From a virus (Duplodnaviria > Caudoviricetes): a DNA stretch of 64,000 nt. Below, piece after piece: positions 63,494 through 64,000 of the stretch (positions are counted from its first letter, which is position 1; each line of letters starts with the position of its first letter). Under the pieces are notes generated by a model that was not told where the DNA came from, did not search any database, and saw nothing but the letters and a program-made list of their open reading frames with translations. The DNA lies in the IMG/VR virus record IMGVR_UViG_3300013280_000006, positions 1 to 64,000 of that record, one strand, 5' to 3'. The position numbers were made by a program, and so were the translations under genes.

Positions 63494-64000
63494 TAGGTAT
63501 TCTCCGCATTATTCGCCGCCAACGATATAGCCTTAAGTACAGGTGACTCTTCATATATTACCGTCTCTCGATAATAAGTGTATGTTACTGTGATAGGTAT
63601 TACCCAATTATCTTTATCACCAGATTCTTTTAATTTTTTCATACGCTCAAGTGAGTTTATCTCGAACGTACTCAACGTCAGATCTTTCCTGATCACTTGT
63701 TTAAAGTCTAGCAGATAGAACCAGACCTGTGTTGCAAGCTCTTCACACATCCCAGCTTCTCCAGCGATCACATAAAAAATGTGACCTCCGTCAATTTGAA
63801 GTATCTGCTGATTATTTCCCAGCGTTGCGTTGATATTTGGATCGTGTCCATTACCGAGCAAGTTACTTGGTGTCTGGTACCTGTCTCCAATTGATAGTTT
63901 CTTACCTAGTGCAAACTGATTTCGAGCCACAAGAATTGCTGGAATTTTTCCAGCGATAGCTTCGTTGTATTTAGAGATAGATTCAATTCGAATTCCAGTA
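63493..64000 (-). CDS. Tail completion / terminator-like protein, 5' end beyond window
   Basis: The frame stays open from 63930 to the window end (TGIRIESISKYNEAIAGKIPAILVARN...); immediately upstream of the sheath gene. Confidence 0.55.
   Translation of the reverse strand, partial: TGIRIESISKYNEAIAGKIPAILVARNQFALGKKLSIGDRYQTPSNLLGNGHDPNINATLGNNQQILQIDGGHIFYVIAGEAGMCEELATQVWFYLLDFKQVIRKDLTLSTFEINSLERMKKLKESGDKDNWVIPITVTYTYYRETVIYEESPVLKAISLAANNAENT

Noticed and set aside
43706-64000. Tail module as a bacterial eCIS/tailocin locus
   Set aside because: It is contiguous with terminase, tRNA, SbcCD and phage-type gene arrays, with no host housekeeping genes

Overview
The whole 64-kb window reads as part of a large, probably jumbo, contractile-tailed dsDNA phage genome. 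It uses the standard bacterial genetic code, has Shine-Dalgarno sites and many ATGA gene overlaps, and most genes are on the minus strand. From left to right it contains: (1) a truncated conserved Cys-containing phage gene missed by the ORF track; (2) an SbcCD/gp46-gp47-like recombination nuclease pair; (3) a dense nested-hairpin, origin-like element next to an ORF carrying the CxSRxCPxC motif of rolling-circle Rep/IS91 proteins; (4) two long arrays of 70-130 aa orphan genes with internal duplications and shared basic N-termini; (5) a GpA-like large terminase on the opposite strand; (6) a pyrimidine-dimer glycosylase-like gene, a Zn-finger primase-like protein and a KxA-motif-rich putative head protein; (7) an atypical long-variable-arm tRNA with a UGU (Thr) anticodon, preceded by a 5' half tRNA; (8) a nine-gene glycosylation island (GT71, GT10, DegT aminotransferase, methyltransferase, HAD, ATP-grasp, DUF4254-like, GT9); (9) a ~65-Cys, 997-aa putative fibre protein and a five-member paralogous baseplate/fibre family; and (10) the myovirus tail module (baseplate J, gp25-like, an embedded sigma-70 factor, hub, tape measure, chaperones with a candidate -1 frameshift, spike, tube, sheath, tail-completion gene cut by the window end). 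A Planctomycetota-like host is only an inference from the GT9/GT71 style and the Cys-rich virion proteins. The strongest candidate for an undescribed system is the glycosylation island co-transcribed downstream of the Cys-rich fibre and its paired Cys-motif partners. All family calls come from motif recognition by eye; no database searches were run.
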